Assembly: GCA_903856085.1 (NCBI GenBank)
Contig: CAIOAT010000013.1
Coordinates: 167,430 to 231,429 of the forward strand
DNA: 64,000 nt
Source of the DNA: Candidatus Omnitrophota bacterium
GTDB lineage: Bacteria; Omnitrophota; Omnitrophia; Omnitrophales; Aquincolibacteriaceae
Direction of reading: 5' to 3'
Part shown: positions 29,615 to 42,200 of the stretch, piece by piece
Layout of the letters: each line of letters starts with the position of its first letter
How positions within the stretch are numbered: the stretch's first letter is position 1
Notes under the pieces: model-generated
The model's database searches: none
What the model was told of the DNA's origin: nothing
What the model saw: only the letters and a program-made list of their open reading frames with translations
Translations under genes and position numbers: made by a program

Positions 29615-30175
29615 TTATTTCCTGAAAGGAAAGCCTAAAAGCTCAAGGAGCCGCTTTCCTTCTTTACTGTTCTCAGCCGTGGTCACAAACGTGATGTCCA
29701 TGCCCTGGACCTTCTTCATCTTATCAAACTCCACCTCTGCAAAGATCGTCTGCTCGGTAAGCCCAATCGTAAAATTCCCGCGCTGGTCAAAACTTTTATC
29801 CAGAAATCCTCGAAAGTCACGGATACGCGGCATGGCAAAGTTAAAAAGACGGTCCATGAACTCGTACATGCGGCTCCTCCGGAGCGTCACTTTCAGTCCA
29901 ATCGGAGAACCTTCGCGGAGCTTGAAAGCAGAAATGGACTTTTTCGCGCGTGTCACCACCGGCTTTTGTCCGACGATGCGCGCGAGTTCGATCGCCAGCT
30001 GGTCGAGAATCTTAATATCCTCCTGGCCTTCTTTCACACCCATATTGACTACGATCTTTTCCATTCGCGGCGCCTGCATGGGGTTTTTGTAACCAAACTC
30101 TTTTTGGAGTTCCGGTACAGCCTCCGTGCGGTATTTCTCGAGCAATCTTGGAAGTACTGTCACTTTTTGATTCAT
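29615..30175 (-). CDS. rplE: Ribosomal protein L5
   Basis: 186 aa with an L5 signature. Confidence 0.95.
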   Translation of the reverse strand: MNQKVTVLPRLLEKYRTEAVPELQKEFGYKNPMQAPRMEKIVVNMGVKEGQEDIKILDQLAIELARIVGQKPVVTRAKKSISAFKLREGSPIGLKVTLRRSRMYEFMDRLFNFAMPRIRDFRGFLDKSFDQRGNFTIGLTEQTIFAEVEFDKMKKVQGMDITFVTTAENSKEGKRLLELLGFPFRK

Positions 30176-30180
30176 GATGT

Positions 30181-30489
30181 TTATAAAACCTCACCTGACG
30201 CTTTAACAATACGGTGCTTGGTCCCGTCCGCGAGGATGGAATACCCAACGCGAGAAGGCTTGCCGCTGCGCGGGCAAATGAGCTTGACGTTTGAAACATG
30301 GAGCTTCCCTTCCATCTTCGTGATTCCGCCCTTGGGATTTTCCTGGCTCTTGCGCAGATAACAAGTCCGGTAATTGATCTTCTCGATCAAAATCTTCCCT
30401 TCTTTCGGGAATGCGCGCATCACGCGACCTTTTTTCCCGGAATCCTTGCCCTTGGTCACGATCACTTCATCACCTTTACGGATCTTCAT
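30181..30489 (-). CDS. rplX: Ribosomal protein L24
   Basis: Begins [21 protein letters not shown] (KOW). Confidence 0.95.
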   Translation of the reverse strand: MKIRKGDEVIVTKGKDSGKKGRVMRAFPKEGKILIEKINYRTCYLRKSQENPKGGITKMEGKLHVSNVKLICPRSGKPSRVGYSILADGTKHRIVKASGEVL

Positions 30490-30492
30490 AAC

Positions 30493-30861
30493 TTAAACGA
30501 CCTCCGGCGCGAGCGAGATGATCTTGGAAAAACCACAATCACGGAGCTCACGCGCCACGGGGCCAAAGATGCGTGTCCCGCGCGGGTTCTTCTGGTTATC
30601 GATTAATACAATGGCATTCGACGAAAATTTCACGGATGAACCGTCCGTGCGACGAATCGGGGATTTTGTCCTGACGACCACCGCCCTAACGACCTCTCCT
30701 TTTTTGACCGCACCACTCGGAAGAGCTTCCTTCACGGACGCGGTAATGATGTCCCCCGCTTCCGCGGACCGCTTACTGTGCCGGCCGATCACGCCAATCA
30801 TAGCCGCTTTTTTTGCGCCGCTGTTGTCAGCAATCTCGAGAACGCTTCGCATCTGGATCAT
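30493..30861 (-). CDS. rplN: Ribosomal protein L14 (start at the internal ATG at 30861, ATGA-overlapping the rpsQ stop)
   Basis: [18 protein letters not shown] is the conserved L14 N-terminus; the ORF-track start adds 9 aa. Confidence 0.9.
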   Translation of the reverse strand: MIQMRSVLEIADNSGAKKAAMIGVIGRHSKRSAEAGDIITASVKEALPSGAVKKGEVVRAVVVRTKSPIRRTDGSSVKFSSNAIVLIDNQKNPRGTRIFGPVARELRDCGFSKIISLAPEVV

Positions 30862-31121
30862 GACGGCAGCACCTTCACGAGACGCCAACGTTTGGTCTTG
30901 GAAAGCGGCCGGGTCTCAACGATCTGAACATGATTCCCTTCCTTGGCTTCGTTCTTCTCATCATGCGCAAAATACTTCACATGCCTCTTAATGATCTTTT
31001 TAAATTTGGAATGCTTCAGCAGGCGAGTCACAAGTACGGAGATAGTCTTGTTCATCTTCGCACTGACGACCACACCCTCACGAACTCGCTTCCCTTGAGC
31101 TTCCAGCTCATTCTCGGTCAT
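30858..31121 (-). CDS. rpsQ: Ribosomal protein S17
   Basis: 87 aa with an S17 OB fold. Confidence 0.9.
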   Translation of the reverse strand: MTENELEAQGKRVREGVVVSAKMNKTISVLVTRLLKHSKFKKIIKRHVKYFAHDEKNEAKEGNHVQIVETRPLSKTKRWRLVKVLPS

Positions 31122-31324
31122 GACTTTTTCTCGCCTTTCTTCTTTTCCGTGATCACGGTCTTGACGCGCGCAATGTCCCGCTTGGCTTCCTTCAGCGCGG
31201 AGTGGCGCTCGAGCTTGCCGGTCTTATGCTGGAACCGGAGCTGCATCAAGCCTTTCTTCAAAACGTTGACCTTCTCGTTTAATTCCTCAGCGCTGAGTTC
31301 TTTTAATTCCGTGACTTTCAACAT
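31118..31324 (-). CDS. rpmC: Ribosomal protein L29
   Basis: 68 aa helical L29. Confidence 0.9.
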   Translation of the reverse strand: MLKVTELKELSAEELNEKVNVLKKGLMQLRFQHKTGKLERHSALKEAKRDIARVKTVITEKKKGEKKS

Positions 31325-31325
31325 A

Positions 31326-31745
31326 TTAAACCGCTACCTCGCGTTTCACGAATTTAGTACGGAACGGGATCTTGTGGGCACAAAGCCTCATGGCCGCACG
31401 GGCTGTCTCTTCCGGGACACCCCCCATTTCAAAAAGGATTTTCCCGGGCTTAATGACCGCAACATAGTGAGACGGAGCGGCTTTCCCTTTGCCCATTCGG
31501 GTCTCGGCCGGCTTCTTGGAAACCGACTTGTCCGGAAAAACACGCAGCCAAATCTTACCACCACGTTTGACGTGACGCGTCAGCGCCACACGAGCCGCCT
31601 CGATCTGAACTCCGGTCAGCCAGTGACAGGACAGAGCCTTCAGTCCAAATTCTCCGAAAGACAAACTGCTTCCGCGTGTGGCAACCCCGCGCATCCAACC
31701 GCGCTGTTGCTTGCGAAATTTAACCCTCTTAGGCTGTAGGGGCAT
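31326..31745 (-). CDS. rplP: Ribosomal protein L16 (start at the internal ATG at 31745)
   Basis: [16 protein letters not shown] is the conserved L16 N-terminus. The ORF-track start at 31844 lies inside rpsC. Confidence 0.9.
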   Translation of the reverse strand: MPLQPKRVKFRKQQRGWMRGVATRGSSLSFGEFGLKALSCHWLTGVQIEAARVALTRHVKRGGKIWLRVFPDKSVSKKPAETRMGKGKAAPSHYVAVIKPGKILFEMGGVPEETARAAMRLCAHKIPFRTKFVKREVAV

Positions 31746-32493
31746 CGCTCTTATTCTCCTGTGTCTCGCTATTCGGAGCCACTTCTGCAACTTCTGTTTT
31801 CGGCATCTCTTCTTCCGCAACTTTAAATTTTTTCTCGAGCTCAAGCTTTTGCGCTTCTTGCTCTTTTTTTACAAGCACATCCCCCTTATAGATCCATGTC
31901 TTACAACCAATGGTCCCATAAGTGGTAAAGGCTTCCGCAAAACCGTAATCGATATCTGCACGAAAAGTGCTGAGCGGAACCTTTCCCTCATGATATTTTT
32001 CTTCACGCGCGATCTCCGCGCCGCCAAGACGGCCCTTGCACTGAACCTTGATACCCAGCGCACCTTTTTGCATCGCAAGCTGGATGGATTTTTTCATCGC
32101 ACGCCTGAAACCGATACGCTTTTCAAGCTGTAGCACGATATTCTCGGCCACGAGCTGTGCGTCGATCTGAGGCATCTTCACTTCCTTGATGTCCAAAAAC
32201 ACCTCGTTCTTCGTCAGGGCCCCAAGATCTTCTTTGATCTTATCGATCTCTTGACCGCGCCGGCCGATGATAACGCCCGGCTTGGCCGCAAAAATACGAA
32301 TGCGGACCCGGTTCGACGCCCGGTCGATCTCGATCGAAGAGATGCCGGCGATGGCCAGTTTTTTCTTTAGATAAGCACGGATTTTAAGATCTTCCATGAG
32401 AATAACCCCTGCGTCACGCTTAACGAACCATCGCGCTTTCCAGGGCTTAATGTAACCAAGCCTTAAACCGTAAGGATGAACTTTCTGACCCAA
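31729..32493 (-). CDS. rpsC: Ribosomal protein S3 (probable TTG start at 32493 preceded by GGAGG; lysine/glutamate-rich C-terminal tail)
   Basis: (L)[12 protein letters not shown] is the conserved S3 N-terminus. The ORF-track ATG at 32610 would overlap rplV by 90 nt. Confidence 0.85.
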   Translation of the reverse strand: MGQKVHPYGLRLGYIKPWKARWFVKRDAGVILMEDLKIRAYLKKKLAIAGISSIEIDRASNRVRIRIFAAKPGVIIGRRGQEIDKIKEDLGALTKNEVFLDIKEVKMPQIDAQLVAENIVLQLEKRIGFRRAMKKSIQLAMQKGALGIKVQCKGRLGGAEIAREEKYHEGKVPLSTFRADIDYGFAEAFTTYGTIGCKTWIYKGDVLVKKEQEAQKLELEKKFKVAEEEMPKTEVAEVAPNSETQENKSDAPTA

Positions 32494-32518
32494 AATAGCC
32501 TCCCTTAAACCTTCGTTT

Positions 32519-32971
32519 TTAAGCCGCCGCAGCGGTTTTTTTCTTATTCTTTGCTTTCGCGTCTTCCGGCGCTCTTCCGCCCCAAATCTTAAACCCTTCG
32601 CGGACTTCAACGGTCAAGTGTGTCGTCCGTTTTAAAATTTTATCCGCGCGTCCCATCGAACGGGTCAGAAACCGCTTGAACACCGGCCCACCATCCGCGC
32701 GTACATTTGAAACATAAAGACGATTTTCATTTAAGCCAAGATTCTTAGCGTTCGCGATAGCGCTTTTCAGTGTCTTGACCGCCAGCTTGGCGCCCTTCTT
32801 CTTAAGAAGCATCAGAATCCCGACTGCCTCCACGGCCTGCTGCCTCCGGATCGTATCGATCACAAGACGCATCTTTCGCGGGGCGATCCTGATGTGCTTT
32901 GTGACCGCTCGCACAATACGCGGCGACGGAGCGACTGTTTCTACCTTTGCTTTTTTTTCTTCTTTAGCCAT
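32519..32971 (-). CDS. rplV: Ribosomal protein L22 (K/A-rich C-terminal tail)
   Basis: 150 aa with an L22 signature. Confidence 0.9.
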   Translation of the reverse strand: MAKEEKKAKVETVAPSPRIVRAVTKHIRIAPRKMRLVIDTIRRQQAVEAVGILMLLKKKGAKLAVKTLKSAIANAKNLGLNENRLYVSNVRADGGPVFKRFLTRSMGRADKILKRTTHLTVEVREGFKIWGGRAPEDAKAKNKKKTAAAA

Positions 32972-32985
32972 GATGTTCTTTCAGA

Positions 32986-33285
32986 TCAGGTCGTTGAGCC
33001 GGCGGCAAGGGCTTTCGCCTTATCGCCCGAAGCGCTGTGTTTTCTAAACGTCCGCGTCGGAGAGAATTCTCCGACCTTATGCCCGATCATGTTTTCAGTC
33101 ACGAACACGTTCGTAAAAGACTTCCCATTATGGACCGACAACGTAACGCCAATAAAATCCGGCGTGATCGTAGAACGCCGCGACCAAGTTTTGATGGGAC
33201 GGCGATCTTTTTTCTGATTTGCGGTCTGGACCTTACCTAAAAGTCTGTCGTCAACGTAGACGCCTTTTTTTGAGGAACGGCTCAT
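32986..33285 (-). CDS. rpsS: Ribosomal protein S19
   Basis: Begins [12 protein letters not shown]. Confidence 0.95.
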   Translation of the reverse strand: MSRSSKKGVYVDDRLLGKVQTANQKKDRRPIKTWSRRSTITPDFIGVTLSVHNGKSFTNVFVTENMIGHKVGEFSPTRTFRKHSASGDKAKALAAGSTT

Positions 33286-34109
33286 TTTCTGCGATCCTTC
33301 ACAATGTATTTGTTCGATGCTTTATAACGTTTACGCGTCTTGAGCCCCTTAGACTTTTGTCCCGTCGGGCTCTGGGGATGATTACCACCCTTCGACTTAC
33401 CTTCACCGCCGCCAAGAGGATGGTCCACAGGATTACGCGCAACACCGCGTGAGACAGGACGCCTTCCCAACCAACGAGCGCGGCCCGCTTTCCCAAGAAC
33501 AATATTCTCATGATCGATATTGGAGCACTGTCCGATCGTCGCGTAAGACTTCGCCGGAACAAGCCTTACTTCTCCGGAAGGAAGCTTAATATGCGCCATG
33601 TCATTTTCTTTTGCCAGAATTTGAGCTACCACGCCACCGGCGCGAGCCAACTTGCCTCCCAAACCGGGACGAAGCTCGATATTGTGGATCATCGAACCTT
33701 CCGGAATCTTCTCCAGCGGCAAATGATTACCGACCCTCACTTCCACATCCGGCCCACTCACCACTTTTTCGCCGACTTTCAGTCCGTCCGGGCAAAGAAT
33801 ATAACTCTTGAGTCCGTCCGAGTATTGCACAAGCGCGATGCGCGCGCTACGGTTCGGATCATATTCCACGGTCAAAACGGTTGCCTCAACGCCTATGCGA
33901 TTCCTTCTGAAATCGATAAGACGGATGCGGCGCTTATGCCCGCCTCCAATACGTCGCGAAGTAATGTGTCCATGGTTGTTGCGTCCCCCCGAGCCTTTTT
34001 TAATATAGGTCAACGGTTTGTACGGGCGATCTGTGGTGATTTCGGCAAAATCAGAAACGTTTCCGTATCGCCGCGTCGGTGTTGTTGGTTTAAATTTAAT
34101 GAGTCCCAT
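33282..34109 (-). CDS. rplB: Ribosomal protein L2
   Basis: 275 aa L2. Confidence 0.95.
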   Translation of the reverse strand: MGLIKFKPTTPTRRYGNVSDFAEITTDRPYKPLTYIKKGSGGRNNHGHITSRRIGGGHKRRIRLIDFRRNRIGVEATVLTVEYDPNRSARIALVQYSDGLKSYILCPDGLKVGEKVVSGPDVEVRVGNHLPLEKIPEGSMIHNIELRPGLGGKLARAGGVVAQILAKENDMAHIKLPSGEVRLVPAKSYATIGQCSNIDHENIVLGKAGRARWLGRRPVSRGVARNPVDHPLGGGEGKSKGGNHPQSPTGQKSKGLKTRKRYKASNKYIVKDRRK

Positions 34110-34127
34110 AAATCCTTTTTTTCTTTT

Positions 34128-34415
34128 TTACTTCGTCAGATCGATCTTTTCGCCCTTTTTCAAGGTCACGATAGCTTTTTTCCAAGCCGCCGTCTGTCCG
34201 GGAACGTGACGCACACGGCGCCATTTTCCGGAAACATTCATCGTATTAACTTTGTCCACATGCACGTCGAAGATCTTCTCGACAGCTGCTTTAACCTCTT
34301 TTTTATTAGCTTGCGGATGTACGCGAAAACCATACTGGTTTGAAGCCTCGGCAGCCTTAGAAAGCTTCTCGGTGATCAACGGCTCAACCACAACATCGTA
34401 AAGATTAAGCTTCAT
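34128..34415 (-). CDS. rplW: Ribosomal protein L23
   Basis: 95 aa L23. Confidence 0.9.
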   Translation of the reverse strand: MKLNLYDVVVEPLITEKLSKAAEASNQYGFRVHPQANKKEVKAAVEKIFDVHVDKVNTMNVSGKWRRVRHVPGQTAAWKKAIVTLKKGEKIDLTK

Positions 34416-35061
34416 GAGACTTCTCCTTCGCCGTTACTGCTAGGCGCGTTTCGATCAGCTCGACAGCCGCCTCATCGATCACAAGCTTTTCGCGCTGCAT
34501 CACATCATAAGCCGTGAATTCCGCAGCGGTCTTGACCTCGATCCTCTCGCGCATGTTACGGCTCGCGCGTTTAAGGTTCGGCGTCGCTTCTTTCACAACG
34601 TAAAGCGCGCGTTTTTTCAGGACTGGCAAAGATTTCGCAATCGCTGCAAATTCTTTCGTTTTCGGCGTCTCAAACTTGACCGCTTCAAGCAGGATCAAGT
34701 TCTTCTCACCCGCACGCTTACTGAGCATGACCCTCAAGGCCAGATTACGGATCGTTTTGGACAAATTAACCGTGTAATCCCTTTGATGCGGGCCAAACAC
34801 TGTACCACCGCCGACCCAGATCGGAGAACGCGTCGAACCGTGGCGGGCTCTTCCGGTTCCTTTTTGTTTCCAAGGTTTTTTTCCACCGCCGCGAACTTCG
34901 CCGCGCGTCTTGGTATCCACAGTCCCTTTGCGCAAATTGCCAGAATAGGCGTTCCGCACCAGCTCCAAAAGACGGTCGTTTATCCGGACCCCGTAAATCT
35001 CGGGGTTCAGCACCACCTCTTGTTTCTTCTTACCCTCTTTTGAGTAAAGAAGCACTTTCAT
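34405..35061 (-). CDS. rplD: Ribosomal protein L4
   Basis: 218 aa L4. Confidence 0.9.
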   Translation of the reverse strand: MKVLLYSKEGKKKQEVVLNPEIYGVRINDRLLELVRNAYSGNLRKGTVDTKTRGEVRGGGKKPWKQKGTGRARHGSTRSPIWVGGGTVFGPHQRDYTVNLSKTIRNLALRVMLSKRAGEKNLILLEAVKFETPKTKEFAAIAKSLPVLKKRALYVVKEATPNLKRASRNMRERIEVKTAAEFTAYDVMQREKLVIDEAAVELIETRLAVTAKEKSHEA

Positions 35062-35111
35062 CTCTTATACCTTTCTTTCGATCCGAAGATCGTTCGCCGC
35101 GAGGCTGATTG

Positions 35112-35864
35112 CTAGGAACTTGCTTTTGTTCCTTCTTGAGGATTTTCAGCTTTGGAAGTTTCCGAGGAACTTTCCTTCGGGGACCCCTGCTTACTACTTC
35201 TCACTATCCAGGAACCTTTCTTGCCGCGCTTAAGCGCGCTGCGGATGATCAAATAACCGCCTTCCGCGCCCGGAACACTGCCACCCAGCGCAAGAAGATT
35301 GTTCTCAACATCCACTTTCATGACCTTAAGATTATGAATACAGACCTTTTCATCGCCCATGTGTCCGGGAAGCCCTTTTCCCTTGCGAACCTTTTTTCGA
35401 CAGCCTACGCCGCCGGCCTTTGAGCCAATGGAACCTGGAACACGACCGAACATGGAACCATGGCTCGAGCTTGCGCCACCTTTATAATTGAGACGCTTCA
35501 CTACGCCCTGGAAACCTTTTCCGATCGAGACGCCTTCGATATCCACATACTCCCCAACCTCAAAATTCTCCGCGTGAAGCTCACTGCCAACACTTAAATT
35601 TGCAATGTCTTCCGTGCGAATCTCACGAATGAATCTTACCGGAGGAACATTCGCCTTGCGAAGCGCGCCCGCTTTCGCCTTGTTCAGACGCTTCTCTTTG
35701 ATGGCATCGAATCCCAGCTGAACACCCAAATATCCGTTCTTCTCTTTGGTGCGAAGCGCCGTCACAAAACACGGCCCCACCTCAAGCACCGTCACGGGAA
35801 TCTGCTGACCTTCCCCGTCGAAAATCTGGGACATTCCTATTTTTTTACCTAAAAGACCGATCAT
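35112..35864 (-). CDS. rplC: Ribosomal protein L3 (about 40-aa Ser/Lys-rich C-terminal extension)
   Basis: Begins MIGLLGKKIGMSQIFD. Confidence 0.95.
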   Translation of the reverse strand: MIGLLGKKIGMSQIFDGEGQQIPVTVLEVGPCFVTALRTKEKNGYLGVQLGFDAIKEKRLNKAKAGALRKANVPPVRFIREIRTEDIANLSVGSELHAENFEVGEYVDIEGVSIGKGFQGVVKRLNYKGGASSSHGSMFGRVPGSIGSKAGGVGCRKKVRKGKGLPGHMGDEKVCIHNLKVMKVDVENNLLALGGSVPGAEGGYLIIRSALKRGKKGSWIVRSSKQGSPKESSSETSKAENPQEGTKASS

Positions 35865-35875
35865 AATTTTCTCTT

Positions 35876-36190
35876 TTAAAGTTTAATCTCCACGTCCACG
35901 CCTGCCGGGAGGTCGAGTTTCATCAACGCGTCCACGGTGCGGGAAGTGGGATCTTCCAGTTCAATAAGACGTTTATGGGTCCGGATCTCGAATTGATCGC
36001 GCGCTCTTTTGTCGATATGCGGACCACGAAGCACCGTCGTTTTCCAAATATGCGTCGGAAGAGGAATCGGACCAATCACTTTTGCGCCGGTCTTCTTCGC
36101 AGTCCCCACGATCTCCTGGACCGACTGGTCCAACACACGGTGGTCATACGCTTTCAATTTGATACGGATCTTTTCTTTAGCTTGGGCCAT
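35876..36190 (-). CDS. rpsJ: Ribosomal protein S10 (start at the internal ATG at 36190, 4 nt after the fusA stop)
   Basis: [23 protein letters not shown] is the conserved S10 N-terminus. The ORF-track start adds a 56-aa extension that overlaps fusA. Confidence 0.9.
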   Translation of the reverse strand: MAQAKEKIRIKLKAYDHRVLDQSVQEIVGTAKKTGAKVIGPIPLPTHIWKTTVLRGPHIDKRARDQFEIRTHKRLIELEDPTSRTVDALMKLDLPAGVDVEIKL

Positions 36191-36194
36191 TTTT

Positions 36195-38276
36195 TTATCC
36201 TGCGATGATCTTTTCTGCGACCATTTTTGGAACTTCTTGATAAGTGTGCGGCTCCATGGTGTAAGTCGCTCGTCCCTGCGACAAGGAACGGACCGAAGTC
36301 GCGTAACCGAACATCTCAGAAAGAGGCACGAGCCCCTTGATGGCCTTAAGATGGCCACGGTTCGTGAGCTCCTGGATCACGCAACGGCGGGAGTTCAGAT
36401 CGCCGATCACATCCCCCATGTATTCCTCGGGAACCAAAACCTCAACGAACATGATGGGTTCTAATAGGACAGGCTTCGCTCTCTTAAAGGCTTCCTTAAA
36501 GGCGAAAATGCCGGCCATCTTAAACGCAATTTCTGAAGAGTCAACATCGTGGTAACTTCCGTCATAAACGATGGCTCGAACGTCCGTGACCGGATAACCC
36601 GCGAGCACGCCGTTGGCACAAGCATCTTCCACCCCGGCCTCCACAGCAGGAATGTACTCACGAGGAATGGAACCACCCTTTACTTCATCCTCAAATTCGT
36701 TTCCGGTACCACGCGCAAGCGGTTCGATCTTGATGTAACAGTGACCATATTGTCCGCGACCACCTGTTTGCTTGATGAATTTTCCCTCGGCCTCGGCCGT
36801 CGCCTGAATCGTTTCTTTGTAAGCAACCTGCGGTTTTCCGACATTCACCTGAACGGCATATTCCCGCTTCATGATGTCGACTTTGATTTCCAAATGAAGT
36901 TCGCCCATGCCGCCGATCAAGGTCTGAACAGTTTCCTGATCCGTCTTCACGCGGAAGGTCGGATCTTCGTTCACAAGCTTGCCAAGGGCATCCGACATCT
37001 TGTCGCGATCCGCTTTAGTCTTCGGCTCGACCGCCATCCAGATCACAGGCTCCGGAACGAACATCGTCTCAAGCAAGATCGGATTGCTTTCCAGGCAAAG
37101 GGAATCGCCCGTCTTGACTTCCTTAAGACCGACCGCCGCCACGATATTCCCGGCGCCGGCTTCATCGATCTCTTCACGCTTGTTGGCATGCATAAGAAGG
37201 AGACGCCCGATACGCTCGGTTTTTCCGGTGCGAACATTATAGATATAAGAACTTGAAGAAAGCGTTCCGGAATAAATTCGAATATAGGTCAAAGATCCCA
37301 CGAATTTATCACTTGCGATCTTGAACGCATAACAAGACAAAGGAGCCTTATCGCTTGCTTCGCGATGGATCTCAGTCTCCGTCCCTGGCTCAGTACCTTT
37401 CACGGGAGGAATATCCAAAGGCGAAGGGAGATAATCGACGACTGCATCCAAAAGCTGCTGCACGCCCTTATTCTTGAGCGCGGAGCCAACAATGACCGGC
37501 GCCATCTTAAGGCTGATCGTTCCTTTACGGATCGCCGACTTGATCTCCGCCACTGTGGGCGCTTGCGCCTCTATGAATTTGTGCATCAAAGCGTCATCAT
37601 ATTCGGAGACCTTCTCAATCATAAATTCACGCGCCTTCTTAGCCTGTTCCGCGTAATCGGCGGGAATGTCCTGAATCTCGAATTTCGCGCCAAGACTCTC
37701 GTCATTAAAAACATAGGCTTTCATCTCGACTAAATCGATGATGCCACGATGCTTTTCCTCAAGGCCCAAGGGAATCTGAATAGGAACAGCGTTTGCACCA
37801 AGCTGGTCTCGCATCTGCTGAACATTCTTTTCAAACTCGGCGCCTGTGCGATCCATCTTATTAATGAAGGCGATGCGCGGCACGTTGTATCGATCCGCCT
37901 GACGCCACACCGTCTCAGATTGCGGTTCCACGCCTTCTACCGCTCCAAAAACCGCGACGCAGCCGTCCAACACACGAAGAGAACGCTCAACTTCGATCGT
38001 AAAATCCACGTGTCCAGGGGTATCAATAAGGTTGATGCGACAATCTCTCCAGAAACAGGTCGTGGCAGCTGAAGTGATCGTAATGCCACGCTCCTGCTCC
38101 TGCTCCATCCAGTCCATGACTGCCGTTCCTTCGTGTACTTCCCCGATCTTATAAGTGCGGCCGGTATAAAAAAGAATACGCTCGGAGGTAGTCGTCTTCC
38201 CCGCGTCAATATGGGCTGCAATGCCAATATTGCGTATCCTGTCTATCGGAAAATGAATTTTCTTTTCGTCTGCCAT
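36195..38276 (-). CDS. fusA: Elongation factor G
   Basis: 693 aa beginning [15 protein letters not shown]. Confidence 0.95.
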   Translation of the reverse strand: MADEKKIHFPIDRIRNIGIAAHIDAGKTTTSERILFYTGRTYKIGEVHEGTAVMDWMEQEQERGITITSAATTCFWRDCRINLIDTPGHVDFTIEVERSLRVLDGCVAVFGAVEGVEPQSETVWRQADRYNVPRIAFINKMDRTGAEFEKNVQQMRDQLGANAVPIQIPLGLEEKHRGIIDLVEMKAYVFNDESLGAKFEIQDIPADYAEQAKKAREFMIEKVSEYDDALMHKFIEAQAPTVAEIKSAIRKGTISLKMAPVIVGSALKNKGVQQLLDAVVDYLPSPLDIPPVKGTEPGTETEIHREASDKAPLSCYAFKIASDKFVGSLTYIRIYSGTLSSSSYIYNVRTGKTERIGRLLLMHANKREEIDEAGAGNIVAAVGLKEVKTGDSLCLESNPILLETMFVPEPVIWMAVEPKTKADRDKMSDALGKLVNEDPTFRVKTDQETVQTLIGGMGELHLEIKVDIMKREYAVQVNVGKPQVAYKETIQATAEAEGKFIKQTGGRGQYGHCYIKIEPLARGTGNEFEDEVKGGSIPREYIPAVEAGVEDACANGVLAGYPVTDVRAIVYDGSYHDVDSSEIAFKMAGIFAFKEAFKRAKPVLLEPIMFVEVLVPEEYMGDVIGDLNSRRCVIQELTNRGHLKAIKGLVPLSEMFGYATSVRSLSQGRATYTMEPHTYQEVPKMVAEKIIAG

Positions 38277-38370
38277 TTTTTCTCGTCATGCGCGTAACGC
38301 GCAAGGCTCTACGTTAAAATATTTTTTTGAACTGTGTTACGCTCTGCACGTCGTGCGTTGCGCTTTCTTT

Positions 38371-38838
38371 CTACCAGCGATAATGCGCGAAAGCCCTGTT
38401 AGCCTCCGCCATCTTATGCATATCTTCCCGCTTCTTGATGGAAGGGCCCGTCTTATTGAAACCGTCGATGATCTCCTGCGCCAACTTCTCATGCATAGGC
38501 TTCCCCTTGCGATCACGAGAATAGCTCCGGATCCAACGAAGGGCTAGGGAGTAACCACGATCTTCAGAAACACTGACCGGCACCTGATACGTCGCCCCGC
38601 CTACGCGCCGGGACTTTGTCTCCAGGAGAGGGCGCACATTATCTAACGCCGCTCGAAAAACTTCAAGAGGTTCTTTTGCTGTTTTTTCTTTGACGATATC
38701 CAAGGCATCATACACAATTCTCTCCGCCGTGGACTTCTTGCCGCACTCCATCACGATATTAATGAACTTCGCGATAAGCAAATCGCCGTAGCGCGGGTCT
38801 GGATCGATCAATCTTTTTTGTGCGCGTCTTCTTCTCAT
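38371..38838 (-). CDS. rpsG: Ribosomal protein S7
   Basis: 155 aa S7. Confidence 0.95.
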   Translation of the reverse strand: MRRRRAQKRLIDPDPRYGDLLIAKFINIVMECGKKSTAERIVYDALDIVKEKTAKEPLEVFRAALDNVRPLLETKSRRVGGATYQVPVSVSEDRGYSLALRWIRSYSRDRKGKPMHEKLAQEIIDGFNKTGPSIKKREDMHKMAEANRAFAHYRW

Positions 38839-39227
38839 GATTTCTTAGCATCCTTTTTCGGAGTTTTTGCGCCATACTTCGAACGCGATTTCGTGCGGTC
38901 CGCAACGCCGGCAGCATCCAGTTTCCCGCGAACAATATGATAACGAACGCCCGGAAGATCCTTCACACGGCCGCCTCTCACAAGCACGATCGAATGTTCC
39001 TGCAAATTATGCCCAACGCCCGGGATGTAAGCGGTCACTTCCTGCCCATTCGTCAGACGCACACGAGCGATTTTCCGAAGAGCGGAGTTCGGCTTTTTAG
39101 GGGTTTGGGTCCTGACGATCAAGCACACGCCTTTACGGAATGGCGAGTTTTGCAAGGCCGGGGACTTGGATTTCCCTTTAAACTTATTTCTTCCAAAACG
39201 GATCAACTGGTTGATGGTCGGCGACAT
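38835..39227 (-). CDS. rpsL: Ribosomal protein S12
   Basis: Carries [10 protein letters not shown]. Confidence 0.95.
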   Translation of the reverse strand: MSPTINQLIRFGRNKFKGKSKSPALQNSPFRKGVCLIVRTQTPKKPNSALRKIARVRLTNGQEVTAYIPGVGHNLQEHSIVLVRGGRVKDLPGVRYHIVRGKLDAAGVADRTKSRSKYGAKTPKKDAKKS

Positions 39228-42200
39228 TTAAGAATTCTCCTTGGATGCACTGGCCTCTTCGGCAGCTTTTTCTTTCTTCCCGGCCTCAGGATCCGGCAAA
39301 ACATCGGTCAGGTCTTTTTCGAGTTCAATATCGTGATGAATCTTGAAACCCGTCCCGGCGGGGATCAAATGGCCCATAATGACGTTTTCTTTGAGGCCTT
39401 GCAGATAGTCCCGCTTGCCGGCCGAAGCCGCTTCCGTGAGCACGCGCGTCGTTTCCTGGAAACTCGCGGCCGAAATAAAACTGTCCGTCGTGAGCGACGC
39501 CTTCGTGATCCCGAGAAGGATCGAAGTGCCCTTGGCGGGCTCCTTACCCTTCTTGATCATCTTGGCATTCTCTTCCGCAAACCTGAGTTTCTCCACATGG
39601 GAACCCACGAGAAATTCCGTATCTCCGGAATCCTCGATGCGAACCTTGCGAAGCATCTGGCGAACGATCGCTTCAACATGCTTGTCGTTGAGACGCACGC
39701 CCTGCAGACGATAAACTTCCTGAACTTCTTCCACGAGATATTGCTGAAGACTTCTTTCACCCGAAACGCGAAGGATGTCCTGCAACACGACTGGGCCGTC
39801 CACAAGCTGCTGCCCGGCAAGGACTCTGTCACCTTTGTAAACGTTCAAATGCTTGCCGTGCGGGATCAAATATTCTTTGGCCATACCCGTAGAACTCTTC
39901 ACAATGATCTGGCGCTGCCCCTTTACGATCGCCCCGATCTCCACGACACCGTCAATTTCTGAAATAACGGCCGGGTTCTTCGGCTTACGGGCTTCAAAAA
40001 GTTCGGCAACACGCGGCAAACCGCCCGTGATATCGCGGGTCTTGGCGACCTTACGCGGCGTTTTCGCAAGCAACGTTCCGCCGGTGATCGATTGACCGTC
40101 TTTGACGACAATGTGGGCGCCGGTCGGAATCGGATAAAATGCAAGAATCTCATCTTTTTCCCCGACCAAAAGCAACTGCGGATGCATATCTTCTTTATGT
40201 TCGATGATCACGCGCTCGGTCATACCGGTGGTCGCGTCAAGCTCTTCATTCATCGTGACGCCGGCCTTGATATCTTCAAAACGCACTTTCCCGGAAACCT
40301 CGGTCAAGATCGGAACCGTATACGGGTCCCATTTCACGAAGATCTCGCCTTTTTTGACCTTTTCGCCATCTTTAAAATGAATGAACGCGCCGGTCGGGAT
40401 CGTATAACGTTCCAACTCACGACCCGTCGGATCATGAAGTGAGAGTTGGCCGTTGCGATTCAACACCACGGTCTCGTTCGTCTTGGTAACAACCGTTTTC
40501 AAATTATGGGACTGGAGCACGCCCTCATTGCGGGCGCGATAATAGGATTGTTCGACCACGCGGGATGCCGTACCACCGATGTGGAACGTACGCATGGTCA
40601 GCTGGGTACCCGGCTCACCGATGGACTGCGCGGCAATAATACCGACCGCCGTCCCCTGTTCCACGAGACGACGCGTGGCAAGATCGCGACCATAGCATCT
40701 CGCACAAATACCTTTTGGCGATTCGCAGCAGAGAACGGAACGGACACGGATCTTCTCGATCCCGGCCTCTTCGATCTTCTTGACGATCGCTTCATCGATA
40801 AGATCGCCGGATTTCACGATTACTTGGTCGGTGATGACGTCGACAACGTTGTCCAAGGCCACACGGCCCAGGATCCTGTCATAGAGAGACACAATGACTT
40901 CTTCGCCTTCATAAACCGGCTCCATCACGATCCCGTTCAAAGTACCGCAATCGTCGATGTTAATGATCACATCCTGAGCAACGTCCACCAACCGGCGGGT
41001 CAAATACCCGGAATCGGCGGTCTTAAGCGCGGTATCTGCCAAACCTTTGCGGGCACCGTGCGTCGAGATGAAATATTCGAGCACCGTCAGACCTTCGCGA
41101 AAGTTTGCAGTGATCGGACTTTCAATGATCTCGCCGGAAGGCTTCGCCATCAAACCACGCATACCTGCCAACTGGCGGATCTGCTGCTTGGAACCTCTGG
41201 CGCCGGAATCGGCCATCATGAAAATAGGATTAAACGCATCAAGAGCCTCAAACATCACGTCAGATACGCGGTCCGTAGTATGCGTCCAGATGTCGATCAC
41301 CTTGTTGTACCGTTCCCCGTCCGTGATCAAACCCTGCTTATACTGACTTTCGATCGCTTTCACTTCTTTACGAGCTTCATTGAGAATGCCTTCTTTAGCG
41401 TCCGGGATCTGAATGTCATCGATTCCGATCGAAAGACCCGCCTTCGTCGCCTCAGCAAAACCGAGGGCTTTCAATCTATCGAGAAGCTTCACGACCTCTT
41501 CATGGCCGAATGTGTTGTAACATTCTGCGATGATCTTAGAAAGCTTACCTTTATTCACGATGTCATTAACGTGCCTAAACCCCTTAGGCAGAACATCGTT
41601 AAAAATAATGCGTCCCATGGTCGTTTCCACGATCTCGCCGCTCGCCAAACGAAGCTTGCACTTCGCATGCTTATGAATCTGATTGTCCTGATAGGCCAGG
41701 ATCGCTTCCTGCGTATCACTAAACGCAAGCCCCTCGCCCAGAACCTTATCCCGGACCTTGGTGAGATAATAGATTCCGAGCACGATGTCCTGCGTCGGGG
41801 TCATGATCGGCTGCCCGCTCGCGGGCGAGAAAATATTATTGGCAGAAAGCATGAGAATGCGCGCTTCCATCACAGCTTCCATGGAAAGCGGCACGTGAAC
41901 GGCCATTTGGTCACCGTCAAAGTCGGCATTGAAAGCCGTACAAACAAGCGGATGAATACGAATGGCATTCCCCTCGATCAGCATAGGCTCGAAAGCCTGG
42001 ATGCCTAGACGATGGAGCGTCGGCGCGCGGTTGAGCATCACCGGATGCTCCTTGATCACTTCTTCCAAAATATCCCAAACTTCGGGCTTTACACGCTCAA
42101 CCATTTTCTTGGCAGAACGGATCGTGTGTACATGACCGCGTTCTTTGAGCTTACGGATGATAAAAGGTTCAAAAAGTTCGAGCGCCATCTTTTTCGGCAA

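Noticed and set aside
32494-32610. S3 N-terminal 39-aa extension from the upstream ATG at 32610
   Set aside because: It would overlap rplV by 90 nt. A TTG with a perfect GGAGG 6 nt upstream starts exactly at the conserved (M)GQKVHP N-terminus.
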